DNA of 63,926 bases, filler included, from Collodictyon triciliatum (lineage: Eukaryota): the NCBI GenBank assembly GCA_043381765.1. It is 9 parts of 9 records of this genome, joined end to end, with 100 filler letters (N's around TTAATTAATTAA, not from the genome) between each part and the next. Parts side by side here need not be neighbours in the genome. Positions count along the whole stretch, not along the records: positions 7,126 to 14,146 come from JBHJMP010004102.1; positions 14,247 to 21,262 come from JBHJMP010004103.1; positions 21,363 to 28,377 come from JBHJMP010004104.1; positions 28,478 to 35,491 come from JBHJMP010004105.1; 5 more parts are not named here. One strand, given 5' to 3'. Under the pieces are notes generated by a model. That model worked only from the letters and a program-made list of their open reading frames with translations. It had not been told where the DNA came from and made no database searches. Made by a program: the position numbers and the translations under genes. Shown piece by piece: positions 11,745-30,090 of this stretch (the stretch's first letter is position 1; every line of letters starts with the position of its first letter).

Positions 11745-13277
11745 ATGACAGCTTGCAGCGACGAAGAATCAGCAAGAGCAATATACACACATGTCTGGTT
11801 GACTGTGTACACAGTGATCTTTTTCTGGTCATGTTTCTTGTATATCAGGAGCGCAATGTGGCCTCAAAGAGAAGCAGAACAACAAACCCACTACAGGCGC
11901 CTTTCTTTCTGGCCGCGATGTTCTGCTAGGATTTCATCATATATCTTAATCGTCTTACACTCTGGATGTAGGTGGTTCAATTTACATCGTCTGAGTGAGA
12001 AAAAGTGTATTTATTTATCCGAAAGAACACCTACAAGAATCATATGAACCATATAAATCCATTTTATTACTTAGTTAAAACAGTCGAGTTTATCCTAAGA
12101 GAGTCTGAGGTTGCTTACAGTTATTCGGCGGAGAAGGAATCATTAGATAATGGGGTCATATTTGTCAAGCATATGTTCTTTGTTTTTCCAATGGGGTTTC
12201 TATTCACCACATATACAATCATGTTGGTTTTCTGGTGGGTTCATTTGATTATGCATGAACAAAAGATAATAACATGTTGGTGATACGAAGAATTGGATTT
12301 TGAATCATATGAACCACCTCACTCACACTCACTCAATATCATATATTCATTTATTCACTCAAAATAAGGATGCGCGTAGTTATCAACGTAAACTCTGAGT
12401 CTCAGTTGGTGAAAAATGTTGCCTTATTATGGAGGATTTTCTTCTCGGCTAATGTGGTTATGTACCTTGGAATAACCCTCTTGTGTATATTGATTGGAAA
12501 TCTTGGAAACGAGACTGACGAAGCACGCATTCATTCAATTTTGTGTCTCACTTACTAAACGTATAGGTCATATGTAAAGAATAATAATTTGAATTGACAT
12601 TTAACCCCCTTTTTTTTATGTAGATAAGAGCTGCATCAAACATATTTCTGTCCATTTTTTATCTCGGAATATTAGTCTCATTCTACATTTTTGCTGTGAA
12701 ACTGTTCTTCTTGATAAGGGAAATCCCATCCACCAAAACGAATTTCCATGTCAAACTGGGCACTTACAAGAAGACTTTGCAAATGGTAATCATATTCTTA
12801 TTCAATGAAACTCTATATTTGTAAGTCCTAGCACGTCTTTGAATCAGTTTTTTCTTTTTAGTTTTCAGTCATGGCTTTTGTTACTGGGTCTTTAATGACG
12901 GCAGATTCGGTCATAATGTTAATCGATGCAAAATCGATGATAAGTAATCCAACAGACAACCGGGCTGATTATCCTGCAAATCCATGCATTCTGTAATATC
13001 TTCAGCTTTGTATCCGTGGATTTATTCACTTAAAATTTCAAACCATTTATTGACTGCCTTCTTTTACACACCAACGAAAGGAAATCATCACCATATTTTT
13101 TTTTATCATAGTTCCGTAATTCGCCTAGCAGAGTGCGTGCCTCCCTTGATGCTGCTTTACATTCTGCAATCATACCAAAAGCAAAGCTCCTCGACAACAA
13201 GCACTAGTGGCTCCGATGATTCTGGCTTTGAAATCACACCCAGCTCAAGGAACGCACGAGCTGCACAGCGCGCATAG
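11745..13277 (+). CDS. Seven-transmembrane protein, THH1/TOM1/TOM3 (GPR137-like) family, multi-exon; true start may lie upstream
   Basis: Successive hydrophobic exons including HMFFVFPMGFLFTTYTIMLVFW (P..F.TY..L..FW, typical TM3 of this family) and RLAECVPPLMLLYIL (E..P TM7), followed by a Ser-rich tail. Confidence 0.7.
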
Positions 13278-13844
13278 CCCAAAGCGATGGCTGTTGCATA
13301 ATTGAATTAGGATTTTTTTTTCTTGGACATAAAATGATTTGGTAATGATGACATCAAGAATCGCTTAACTAATACACGAAATTAAACCAACATTCGAAAA
13401 TGATATTAATCCACTGCATGGGAATTATCCTCACCCGCATCCCTGGCTTTTGGAATAAAAAGAAACTATACAAAATGATAACTTCGGCGGGTACCTTACG
13501 TGCGCTATTCTCTGCACCTGAGAGGAAGAAATATGTCCTCATTATTACCATATATCATCTTTTGACACTTCTCTAAAGTTCAAAATAAGTCCTCGCCTTT
13601 CCCTCCCGTGTGCTTTCAATAGTGCCTCGTTTATGGTCTGTCGTCGGCGCCACTCCCTTTCGCTGAGAACCGGCCCGCGAACAGATATCTTTTTTGATAT
13701 TCCACAAATAATCGCTTTCATGGCATCGGAAAACCGAATCTTCGAAAATGCGTTCGCTTCGGTCGCACTTGTCGATCCTTCCAAAACACCCACAAAAACC
13801 CCTGCGGAATAAAAACACGGCCGGCAGAGCAGCGCAGAGTGGTA

Positions 13845-13893
13845 GACTCAATCGGACTCAATCGGACTCAATCAGACTCAATCAGACTCAACC
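13845..13893 (+). repeat. 10-bp tandem repeat GACTCAATC(G/A) x~5 abutting an ATG
   Basis: gactcaatcg gactcaatcg gactcaatca gactcaatca gactcaacc-ATG(13894). Confidence 0.9.
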
Positions 13894-14146
13894 ATGTTGC
13901 GCTTCCCTGAGATAGAAACACTTGCCAAGAAGCTCGGTCCTTCTTTCCCTTTTGTTCCTTATCCTAGATTACTTTTCCCTTTTGTTCCTTATCCTAGATT
14001 ACTTTTCCCTTGTGTTATCTTTTTCTTTTCCTTTCTTTTCCTTTCTTTTCCTTTCTTTTTCTTTCTTTTTCTTTCTTTTTCTTTCTTTTTCTTTCTTTTT
14101 CTTTCTTTTTCTTTCTTTTTCTTTCTTTTTCTTTCTTTTTCTTTCT

Positions 14147-14246
14147 NNNNNNNNNNNNNNNNNNNNNNNNNNNNNNNNNNNNNNNNNNNNTTAATTAATT
14201 AANNNNNNNNNNNNNNNNNNNNNNNNNNNNNNNNNNNNNNNNNNNN
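14147..14246. other. Artificial contig linker
   Basis: N44-TTAATTAATTAA-N44. Confidence 0.99.
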
Positions 14247-14287
14247 TTTTTTTTTTTTTTTTTTTTTTTTTTGTGTGTACCGGTTTG

Positions 14288-14318
<31 letters not shown>

Positions 14319-14362
14319 TCTTCCTTTCAATTTTGTGCAGGATAGTGGAGATGTTGGCATGG
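14247..14362 (-). mobile_element. Short poly(A)-tailed copy of the retroelement 3' terminus
   Basis: Long T run followed by ATTCTTCCTTTCAATTTTGTGCAG...GTTGGCATGG, matching 6592-6665. Confidence 0.5.
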
Positions 14363-14455
14363 TTTACCCTTTTCTAAGAAATGAAATGAACTTTTTAATT
14401 TAACCCTTATTTTCATAAATAATAATTTAGTTTAATCGCACTGAATCATAACTAG

Positions 14456-16445
14456 CGCTCTGCCTTGTTTGGTTTGAATACATGGACAGCCTTGATTTGT
14501 CTGGTCTACACAAACCAAGAGGGAAATAGTGTTGGTGCGTTTGCCGTTTATATGGTTGGAATTCCCTTTGCAATGGGCTCGGCATGGTATCTCGCAGGTA
14601 TTTTTTTTATTATTAAAAATCGATTAAAACTCAATATCAGAAAGATTTGTGATAATAAGTACTTTATCTGATGGCAGGACGAAGAATGCTGTTATTGAAT
14701 GATGACCATATGGAGAATCGAAACGTTGCAGCTGTCGACCAAAAAGTATTTAGTAATCCCTTCATGATGGAACTTTCTACCCGAACACCATTAAATCCAT
14801 TGAAAGGACAAGTGACACCAGCCACGTACGCTGATTTTTTTATTTAATCAATAATGATAAAGTATATTTTAATATTCATCCTCAAGTTCACCAAATAAAC
14901 GTGTAGGTTGGAAAACACAAAATACCTCTATCAACAAGGCGTGAAAAAATTTCCGAAGTCGATTTATGTTCGAATAAATTACACCTTGTTTCTACTGTGC
15001 TACAATACATACACAGACCCGAGCGAAATCCAGATGCACGTCCACGCTGTAAGTTCTACACATGTTTATCTTTGTTTTTTATTTTATTTTTTATTTTCAT
15101 GCCCTTACTAAGTTGCATTTTTTTTATTGCGTTTCTCATTATGTGAAAAATTAAAATTCTTTGAATCCGTGAATGATTTAGTTCATAAATTTTCCAACAA
15201 ACAAGGTTCTTGGGATGAGAAAATCGACTATCGATGAGCGATACCTATCCTTTTATCTGCGAAAAATTTGGCAGCAAGATATGGAAACAAAGTACGGAAA
15301 CATCCCCATATTATACTTCGTTTCCCCCTTTTCTCACTCTACCTCTTTTCACTTATTGATTTACGCAAGCATATTATTGATTGCTATTACTCATATATTT
15401 TATCATATGATCAATTGATACGCTTGAAACGTACCATTAATGGAAATGACCATTTCTTTTGATAACCACAACCGTTCTTAATGATATATTATCATGGGCC
15501 AAATGATACTAGAATGCAGTATATTTTCTTAACCTCGACATCTCCTCCTCTATCATAAATGAAGCATATGTGTTTTAATAAAATGCTAATAGACACTATT
15601 TCTTTTCATCGCGCTCTTTTTGCAAACAAAAAATAATAATCAGGGGACTAGGATTCATGAATGACGGAATGCAAATCACTGACTTTATGTTCCTGAAGCG
15701 CCAAATGATATTATCCAAGTAAAAAAAAAAACCTCCCTTTAAATCTTTGTACTTTTTTCTGAATGAGTATTTATATTTTTTTAATCTACTCAATCATTTA
15801 TCAGCACTATATCTCATGTAACATTCCCTTTCTTTGCACAGGTACCGAAACATAAGTCTCTTATATATAATTTTTTCCATTAAGGCACTTACACAACGAG
15901 ACAAAAAGATGCCTTCTTGAATTCTGGAGAAACTTATTAAAGCCTGGTATTACCGATGCCCAAATTGAGAGCAAAGCAGAAGATTTTGAAGCATTAGAAC
16001 AAATGACTCTTGCATGTTATGAGTCGATATTGCGAAAGTTTCCTCGCAATCGTGAAATGTTACGCTCGTTTGGTCAGTTCTGGATAGACATTTACAACAA
16101 TGAGAATGTGGCAAACGAGTATTTTCTACTAGCTGATGAAATTGAAGAGGAAGATAGCCAGGTTGATAAAATCGAAATATATTTGCACATAATTGAAAGG
16201 AAGAATAAAAAACCTGAATATATTTATTTGGATGAAAGATATTAAACACAAACCATTTCATATTAAGAATGTAAGAAGGAAAAAAAATCCTGTATATAAG
16301 CTATCCCTAGCGTCTCAACATACCATATGCAATTAATATATTTTGTAGAAAAATAAACAAACAAACAAACAAACAAACAAACAAACAAACAAACAAACAA
16401 ACAAACAAACAAACAAACAAACAAACAAACAAACAAACAAACAAA

Positions 16446-16502
<57 letters not shown>

Positions 16503-19500
16503 CACGCAAAAGCGAGGTTCGAGGGAGCAAACAACGGGACGCAATCCAGCCATCCTATGATATCCGAGACCACAACCGATAGTGACCAGGTGATTTTAAT
16601 TTTCTGACGATTGGATTTGAAATTTTTTTTGAGAATATCACACTATGTATATGCACACAGACAAATTCAGTGTTGTGCATATTGTTTCTTTTAAAAATTT
16701 TTAATGAACATAAAATACTGATAAGTCATGTTATTTGAGAAGAAATCTCAATCTTTCAAGGATGACCAAAGTCAAGCTGGGAAGAAAAAGAAGCGAGGCG
16801 ATCAAGAGAATGCCTCTGAGTACACAACTTCAAGTAAAGAGAAAGTTCGGTAAGTGAAGCAGCAATAATCTCAAATTTACATATTTGTGTTTGGTTCATG
16901 TCCACATGGAATCAATCTACATTTAATGTTTTTTCAACTGATTCATTTAATCACCGCACAGGCTGCGTCTTCTCAAGAATAAAATAAACCGCATTCGAAA
17001 AATTGACATCGAAATTGACTCAAATGCCGTCAATCGCTTCTCTACTTTGTTGAAAATACTTCGTGTAATTTTGTTCGCCATTCCTATTGCAGGTAATTTT
17101 TCTCGTATATATGCCCCCAAATCTTAATTCCGTATCTATCTCATTGAAGTTCAATCAAGTAGTTTACAATATTTTATCCGTGCTTGACTCTATGCTTTGA
17201 TTATATAATTCATATAAAAATTAGGCTTTGCTGTCTTCACTCACTCAATCAAGCTGCTTCAGTACAACGCAGGAGTTTTGGAAGAGACACACATGCAGTT
17301 TTTACGCTTCGACCAAATCAATTACTCTGTCCGTTCTCAGATACTGAACGTGATGGTAAGATAGTTTGGAGGCTTTTTGTCCCATTTATTAATCTACTAG
17401 TAATTATTTTTTTTTTAAAAAAAAATACTATGATATTCTCCTCAAATCAAACAAAAAGGTAACCAACCTCGAGCCAGGAAATTACGGATGTGCTTCAGAC
17501 CCAGCATGTATCCAGCAAGCTCGCGATTCTGCGCTCGAATATGTGCTAACGTTCCAGGATAACTACGTGAAGATGTACACAACGTTGAATCCTTCGTTTA
17601 CCAAATTGAAAGACTACTGGTCAAAGGGGTCGATTCGCGTCCAGTTTTACACTGGCGAGTTTTTGAAACCCGCAACAGAAACGCTGAGCTTTCTTGAGGC
17701 ACTCAATTACTTCAGCACCAGCGCAAATAACGTGTTGAAGCTAGGTAGGAAATTTTGACATTCACATTTGCATAACAACCGAATGTTCCAAAAAATAACT
17801 TATCCCTTTGTCAAGACTGAATATCTCTTGCTGATTTTATTTCTCGTGCTGATGCGCATTTTCAGGTTTTGATGTCGATTTAACAAAGAATGCAGATTAT
17901 CTTTTTGTGACAAAGAACGGCCCTGGTGTTATCTTTGATAGTATTATTAAGCTGGAAAACATGCTTCTTGATGAGGAAGTGGTCATCATGAACCAGTTTT
18001 TCATTTCGATTGGATGCTTGATGGGCACGATGCTTGTTGCAATTATATGGGTTGCGTTATTATGGGTTCCAAATTATGAGAAGGTCAGAGAAGAGGTCAG
18101 TGCACTGGGAAAGCTTCGTGAGATTCCACGACCTGGTAAGAACGAAGCACTTCATTCGCGTCCAATGTTACCAATATATAAGACAGAAAATTGAATTTTG
18201 ATATCTTCAAAATGAGTCGGTTTATTTATGTGCCGAGTTCTCATTTCATGCCTAATTATCTGTTCTAGAAATCATCAAGATGTGTAATTTGTATCGTATG
18301 AATCGAGACAACCAAGAGGACGAAGAGTTTACTGCGTTTGCCATGAGCGCTCGGACGATGAAAAAGACGTATACATACCAACGAGTCTCTATGCTGTGCT
18401 CCGTTCTTTTTGCGATGCTTGGATTTGTCGTAGTCATTACAGTCGGGATCTACAAAGCCTCCTTGTGAGTGTGAATATATAAGCAAGGGAACAAACTCAG
18501 TGTCTTATGTTGAATTAGTAGGCTCGTGGCTTCATATGATTTTTTTTACACAAAGTATGCTATTATATAATTGCATAAACTGCTCACTTTTATTTTCATA
18601 CCTCCGATAAGGTTGTCACCCGTTGCAAACGATGCTGCGCTGCGACAGTCATACAGCGCGTCAGCCTACTATAAACTGCGAGACCATTACCTGACCGAGA
18701 ATGTGACTTCCTACATGCGAGACGATTTGGCAGTGACGCGAGAAGTACGGCTCCTTATTGATATCACTATTACACCATCTTTTTCTTGTTCATTGCATTC
18801 ATATTATCATATAACATTTTTCTTGCGTGGCTTTATTCGTGAGTTTTATATAAAGAAGGGATTTTATCCTTAATAACAATATCGAATCACCATGCAGAAT
18901 GTGATGACAACAAACAATAAACTTGTTCTTGCTTCGTGGGGAAATGCCGAAGAAGAAAAATGGATGCTTGAACGTTGCAGTGCCAATCTGGCCCTGGGTA
19001 TTCAACGGTATATTGTTTCGTTGATGTTCAACACCATGCAGGTTGGAAGCCTTTTTGTTGAGACATTCTTATTTTTATTGTTCTTATATGACAATATTTG
19101 TTCATAAATTCAAGTTCCTTTCATAATCGATTGATATTCATATTTAAGATGTTTTTTTTTTAAAATTAGGAATCCTACCAAGCTCTTCATTTATCCTTTC
19201 CTGATCGAATCAAAGCCGCTGCCACAAACTATTCTTACGGAAGCTTTGATGGATTCATCATGGAGTGCATGGTCAAAATACAAAAGCATTACAACGATGC
19301 GGCCATCCAAACACGCAGCGACACGCGAATGCAAGGGAATGTGTACTTTTGGCTAATCTGGCCGGTGTTCTTCCTCACATTCGGTAAAATCATATGAAAA
19401 AGTTAGATAAGATGTATTTTTTTTTTTATGAATTCATATCTTATCATTTTTCGTTTTAGAGACAAACCCTCAAATTTATCGTTCCACTTCAGCACTTTGT

Positions 19501-20916
19501 AGTTTTATTTTTCATACATAATTTTACGGAAAATTAGGATTCTATCTTCCAAATATGTTTCGCAAAAGTGTGCGTGATGCTACGGCCCGCTCGGCTCGAA
19601 TCCTTCGAATGATACCGCCCTCCATCATCGAGTCCACACCAAAGCTCAAGGATTATGTAATTGACACGGGAATCATCAAATTGGAGAAGTTTGGAGACCT
19701 CGGGTTCATCAACGATGTGCGAGAAGGAGATGTGGATATGCCAAGCATCAGCCGTCGGAACTCCGAACAAGGTTAATATCCTGGCCAATTTAAAGATATG
19801 TAGCCCACCCAGACATTTCAACTTCAACAGCAACTTCATATTATTATCGATGTGCTTACTTTTTTTAAAATAAAAAATAATAATGTAATGACAAGTTTTA
19901 AAAGGCCAATATATTTGTATACATACAGGCTTGAATGTTAAGTCAGACACGAATGCAAACACGAATGCGAACGCAAACAGCAATGTGAACGGCGCAAGTG
20001 ACAGTGAGCGAGACACGCTCGACCTGTCATTGTCAGCTTCAATCCCACTCAAAGCACGCACAAAGAGCGAAGGCACTGGCAAGAAAATATCAGACCAGGA
20101 AGGACACAGTTCAGACTCTGACAGCAGCCCGTTCGGAATGGCCGGACCAATACCACTTACGAGCGAAAAGACGACATCCTCAGGAGGAATGCTGCAACCA
20201 AATATGAACCGAGTAGGAATGGCACTGAGCGGAGTGACCGAGGAATCCACGTCGCGCACAGCATCCATTCCGACCACACCGCACACTGCAAGAACGGACG
20301 ATATGCAGCCGAATCTCAACTCTTTATCCCGCGACTTTCTGGCCGAAAATGCCTGTGGGGATGGGAACGTGGAAAAGGAGGGAGGCAAAGACATCGCCGA
20401 TATTGTTGTGGATGTGCGAGACGAGTTGGCGAGCGAAAATCCTGTTTATGTGGAGACTTCGCCAGTCGAAATATTTGGTATGTATCGCCTCATCTAGTCA
20501 GATTGAAAAGAAAAGCATTTCAGTTTGGATACATAGCATTTTTTTTTCCTTTATTCGATTCAAAGTTTGGATACATAGCATATTCAACTCATATAATCTT
20601 TTATATTGTTTGAATGGGTTCATGTGCTTATTTGACTTACTTTTATTCTGTTGGATGTGTTTTCCCAGATGGCCAAATGTCTTACAGAAAAGACACAGAC
20701 GATGTGATGGACGAGATTAAGAGAGAGCTTGCCGAGTCGCAGGCTGTGGCAGACAATGGAAGACCACTAATGCAGTGCGAAATCTGCAAAAGCACTGCAG
20801 CCTGCATGACGCTTTATCCCTGCGGACATAGCCAATTCTGCTCGGCCTGCGTGGAAGGGAAAGCCCGGTGTCCACATTGCCTGAAGGCCATCCAGTGGCG
20901 ACAAACCAGCGAATAG
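14456..20916 (+). CDS. TmcB/TmcC-family multipass membrane protein, 5'-partial, no PAS domain, C-terminal C3HC4 RING finger
   Basis: TPR-like segments KKFPKSIYVRINYTLFL and YESILRKFPRNREMLRSFGQFWIDIYNN...YFLLADEIEE. Repeated extracellular/TM modules. TmcB-type juxtamembrane motif RSARILRMIPPSII. Phase-consistent introns at 19772 and 20478 connect to CEICKSTAACMTLYPCGHSQFCSACVEGKARCPHC. Confidence 0.8.
16183..16212 (+). mobile_element. Intronic ~30-nt copy of the retroelement 3' terminus
   Basis: TTGCACATAATTGAAAGGAAGAATAAAAAA is the near-exact reverse complement of 14311-14340. Confidence 0.5.
16355..16498. repeat. Intronic (AAAC)n microsatellite plus poly-A
   Basis: Visible tandem run. Confidence 0.97.
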
Positions 20917-21162
20917 CCGCGTGCCAGCAAAATCCAACTTACATTGTTCTAATTGTTCTAATTTTTTCTGAGGATTAATTACTAAGCAATCGAGAATGAA
21001 TCAATCACTAAAGGAGAATAAATAAACGATCTGAAAATTTTACATTTAAAATGCTGGTTTATTTATTTACTTCTTTTTATGAATGTTACAAATTGTACTG
21101 CATGTCACGATACGCCTTCGTCTTCAATGTTCTCTTTCTCTAAATGTCACACACACCCACAC

Positions 21163-21262
21163 TTTCTCTTTCTCTTTCTCTTTCTCTTTCTCTTTCTCTT
21201 TCTCTTTCTCTTTCTCTTTCTCTTTCTCTTTCTCTTTCTCTTTCTCTTTCTCTTTCTCTTTC
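21163..21262. repeat. (TTTCTC)n microsatellite at contig end
   Basis: Visible tandem run. Confidence 0.97.
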
Positions 21263-21362
21263 NNNNNNNNNNNNNNNNNNNNNNNNNNNNNNNNNNNNNN
21301 NNNNNNTTAATTAATTAANNNNNNNNNNNNNNNNNNNNNNNNNNNNNNNNNNNNNNNNNNNN
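21263..21362. other. Artificial contig linker
   Basis: N44-TTAATTAATTAA-N44. Confidence 0.99.
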
Positions 21363-21428
21363 TATTGGCATCGACATTTTCGTGCGCCTCGCATGATTCC
21401 TTCTCGGGACGGTGGCCTATCAAGCTCT

Positions 21429-21433
<5 letters not shown>

Positions 21434-21484
<51 letters not shown>

Positions 21485-21665
21485 TATAAAAAAAAGTATA
21501 AAAAAAAGTATAAAAAAAAGTATAAAAAAAAGTATAAAAAAAAGTATAAAAAAAAGTATAAAAAAAGTATAAAAAAAGTATAAAAAAAAGTATAAAAAAA
21601 AGTATAAAAAAAAGTATAAAAAAAAGTATAAAAAAAAAGTATAAAAAAAAGTATAAAAAAAAGTA
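21434..21665. repeat. Poly-A grading into (AAAAAAAAGTAT)n minisatellite
   Basis: Visible 11-13-bp A-rich units. Confidence 0.95.
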
Positions 21666-21760
21666 AAAATAAATACAAGTTTATAAAACTGTTTTCGATC
21701 TATTCACTCATTTATTCTATTGATGACATCCACCATTTTTTTTCATGCTTCGCCTAAAGA

Positions 21761-28281
<6,521 letters not shown>

Positions 28282-28377
28282 GTACAGAACCATTCTAAAA
28301 ACATAAGGCAAAAAAAAAAAAAGAAAAAAAGAAAAAAAAAAAAAAAGAAAAAAAAAAAAAAAGAAAAAAAAAAAAAA

Positions 28378-28477
28378 NNNNNNNNNNNNNNNNNNNNNNN
28401 NNNNNNNNNNNNNNNNNNNNNTTAATTAATTAANNNNNNNNNNNNNNNNNNNNNNNNNNNNNNNNNNNNNNNNNNNN
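28378..28477. other. Artificial contig linker
   Basis: N44-TTAATTAATTAA-N44. Confidence 0.99.
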
Positions 28478-28681
28478 AAAAAAGAAAAAAGAAAAAAGAA
28501 AAAAGAAAAAAGAAAAAAGAAAAAAGAAAAAAGAAAAAAGAAAAAAGAAAAAAGAAAAAAGAAAAAAGAAAAAAGAAGGAATAACAAAAAAGAGATACTA
28601 TTTTATCTGTTGGTTCATCTGAAACATATATTCTCACCTCTATTGTCCTCCACACTTTGACATTATCTATCTTCCATCAAG

Positions 28682-29533
28682 GTCTGAGGCGGAACCACAC
28701 AAAATTTCTGTAGCTAACATGTCAATTGAAGAGGTAAGAATTGATGTTAACGAAGACATAACTTCAGTGGCGTGGGAGTTTGTTACCCAAGACTATGATA
28801 TTTCCTTCGGTGTCTTTTATGAGAGCGCTGATAAAAAGGTATTTTGAAACAATTAATAGGTATATGTCCATTTATTTACATATACAAAAAGCGTAAACTA
28901 CCACATATGCAACCCCTTGTGGATTCATTTTGGATTATCGGATTTTTATTCGTTCATTTCTGTTTGACATTGATAATTTATATGATTTTGCTTCTTTTTT
29001 TTTTAAGCGGATTGAAGTGGAACCTGTTCGCCGTGTTGACAGCCACGTGGCCCCGATTCAGGTATTTGATAAACTCAACTGACTTTGTCCATCAACCTAT
29101 TTGTATGATTTTTCTCTCGATGTACCCTGACTCTTATTTCAACTCTTAAGAAGCAAAATTAAACATATTTGTCCTTGTTGCAGAACCTTCATTTCTCACC
29201 TATATCCTTCATTTACTTAATCGAATAAAGAAAAAAATCCTTCATTTTTTTTTATTTGTGCATGAGAAGCCCAATTAACGCATATTAATAACAGGGCTCA
29301 ATCGAAGAAGTTGCAAAGTCAGGAACTTACATTCTCGTCTTCGACAACACAGCTTCATATGTAATCACCATCCTTTATATATACATATATATTTTTTAAT
29401 AATGTAATCGTGGTTTCACATAGTGAGACAAGGGCTTTTATGGAATATAATAATATTTATCTAATCCACTTTGATCCTCATCACGAATCAGCTTCGCTCA
29501 AAGGAGGTGAATTACCATATCTTCGTCGAGTAG
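28682..29533 (+). CDS. C-terminal GOLD domain of a 5'-partial protein (SEC14-like/ACBD3-type GOLD)
   Basis: Four spliced exons give ...VAWEFVTQDYDISFGVFYE...|RIEVEPVRRVDSHVAPIQ|GSIEEVAKSGTYILVFDNTASY|LRSKEVNYHIFVE*. The WEF...DIxFGV and GTYxLxFDNxxSxxRSKxVxY motifs are the GOLD signature. Confidence 0.88.
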
Positions 29534-30090
29534 GCAAGCAAGTAAACAAGCGCATTTATACGCACTCAGCGACCCAAAAATATGAAGCAAATAAAAGGAA
29601 GATACAAACAAATTATGAATGTGCCAAGCATACCGAGAAACCCCAAACAAGGATATTTGTTTTCTCTTCGAACACATATGTATGCCTTGAATCAAAAGTT
29701 ACGATAGGGAGATAAAGCAGACACATCAGATGAATGATAGAGACGGAGCAAATACTAGAAAGACACCAAAAAATGTAGAATTATGGAAATATTTATCTTG
29801 GTTTATAGATATAAAAAAATTGCTACACAAATGCGCTATCAATTTCAATTCAATAAAATGTGTCGTTCGACGATAATAATAATAACAACAATAAAAGAAA
29901 TATCTTTATTTATTCATTCAATTCATGAGAGAAAAAGAGGAGAAAAAAGAGGAGAAAAAAGAGGAGAAAAAAGAGGAGAAAAAAGAAAAAAGAAAAAGAG
30001 GAGAAAAAAGAATAAGCACGCATAGTATAAAATATCAACAACTTCGTGTTACCCTACACTGACGATACATCAATCGGCATGCGCGGCACC

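Noticed and set aside
20519-20583. 19-bp direct repeat AGTTTGGATACATAGCAT(T/A)
   Set aside because: Local intronic duplication with nothing element-like between the copies; not enough to call a target-site duplication.
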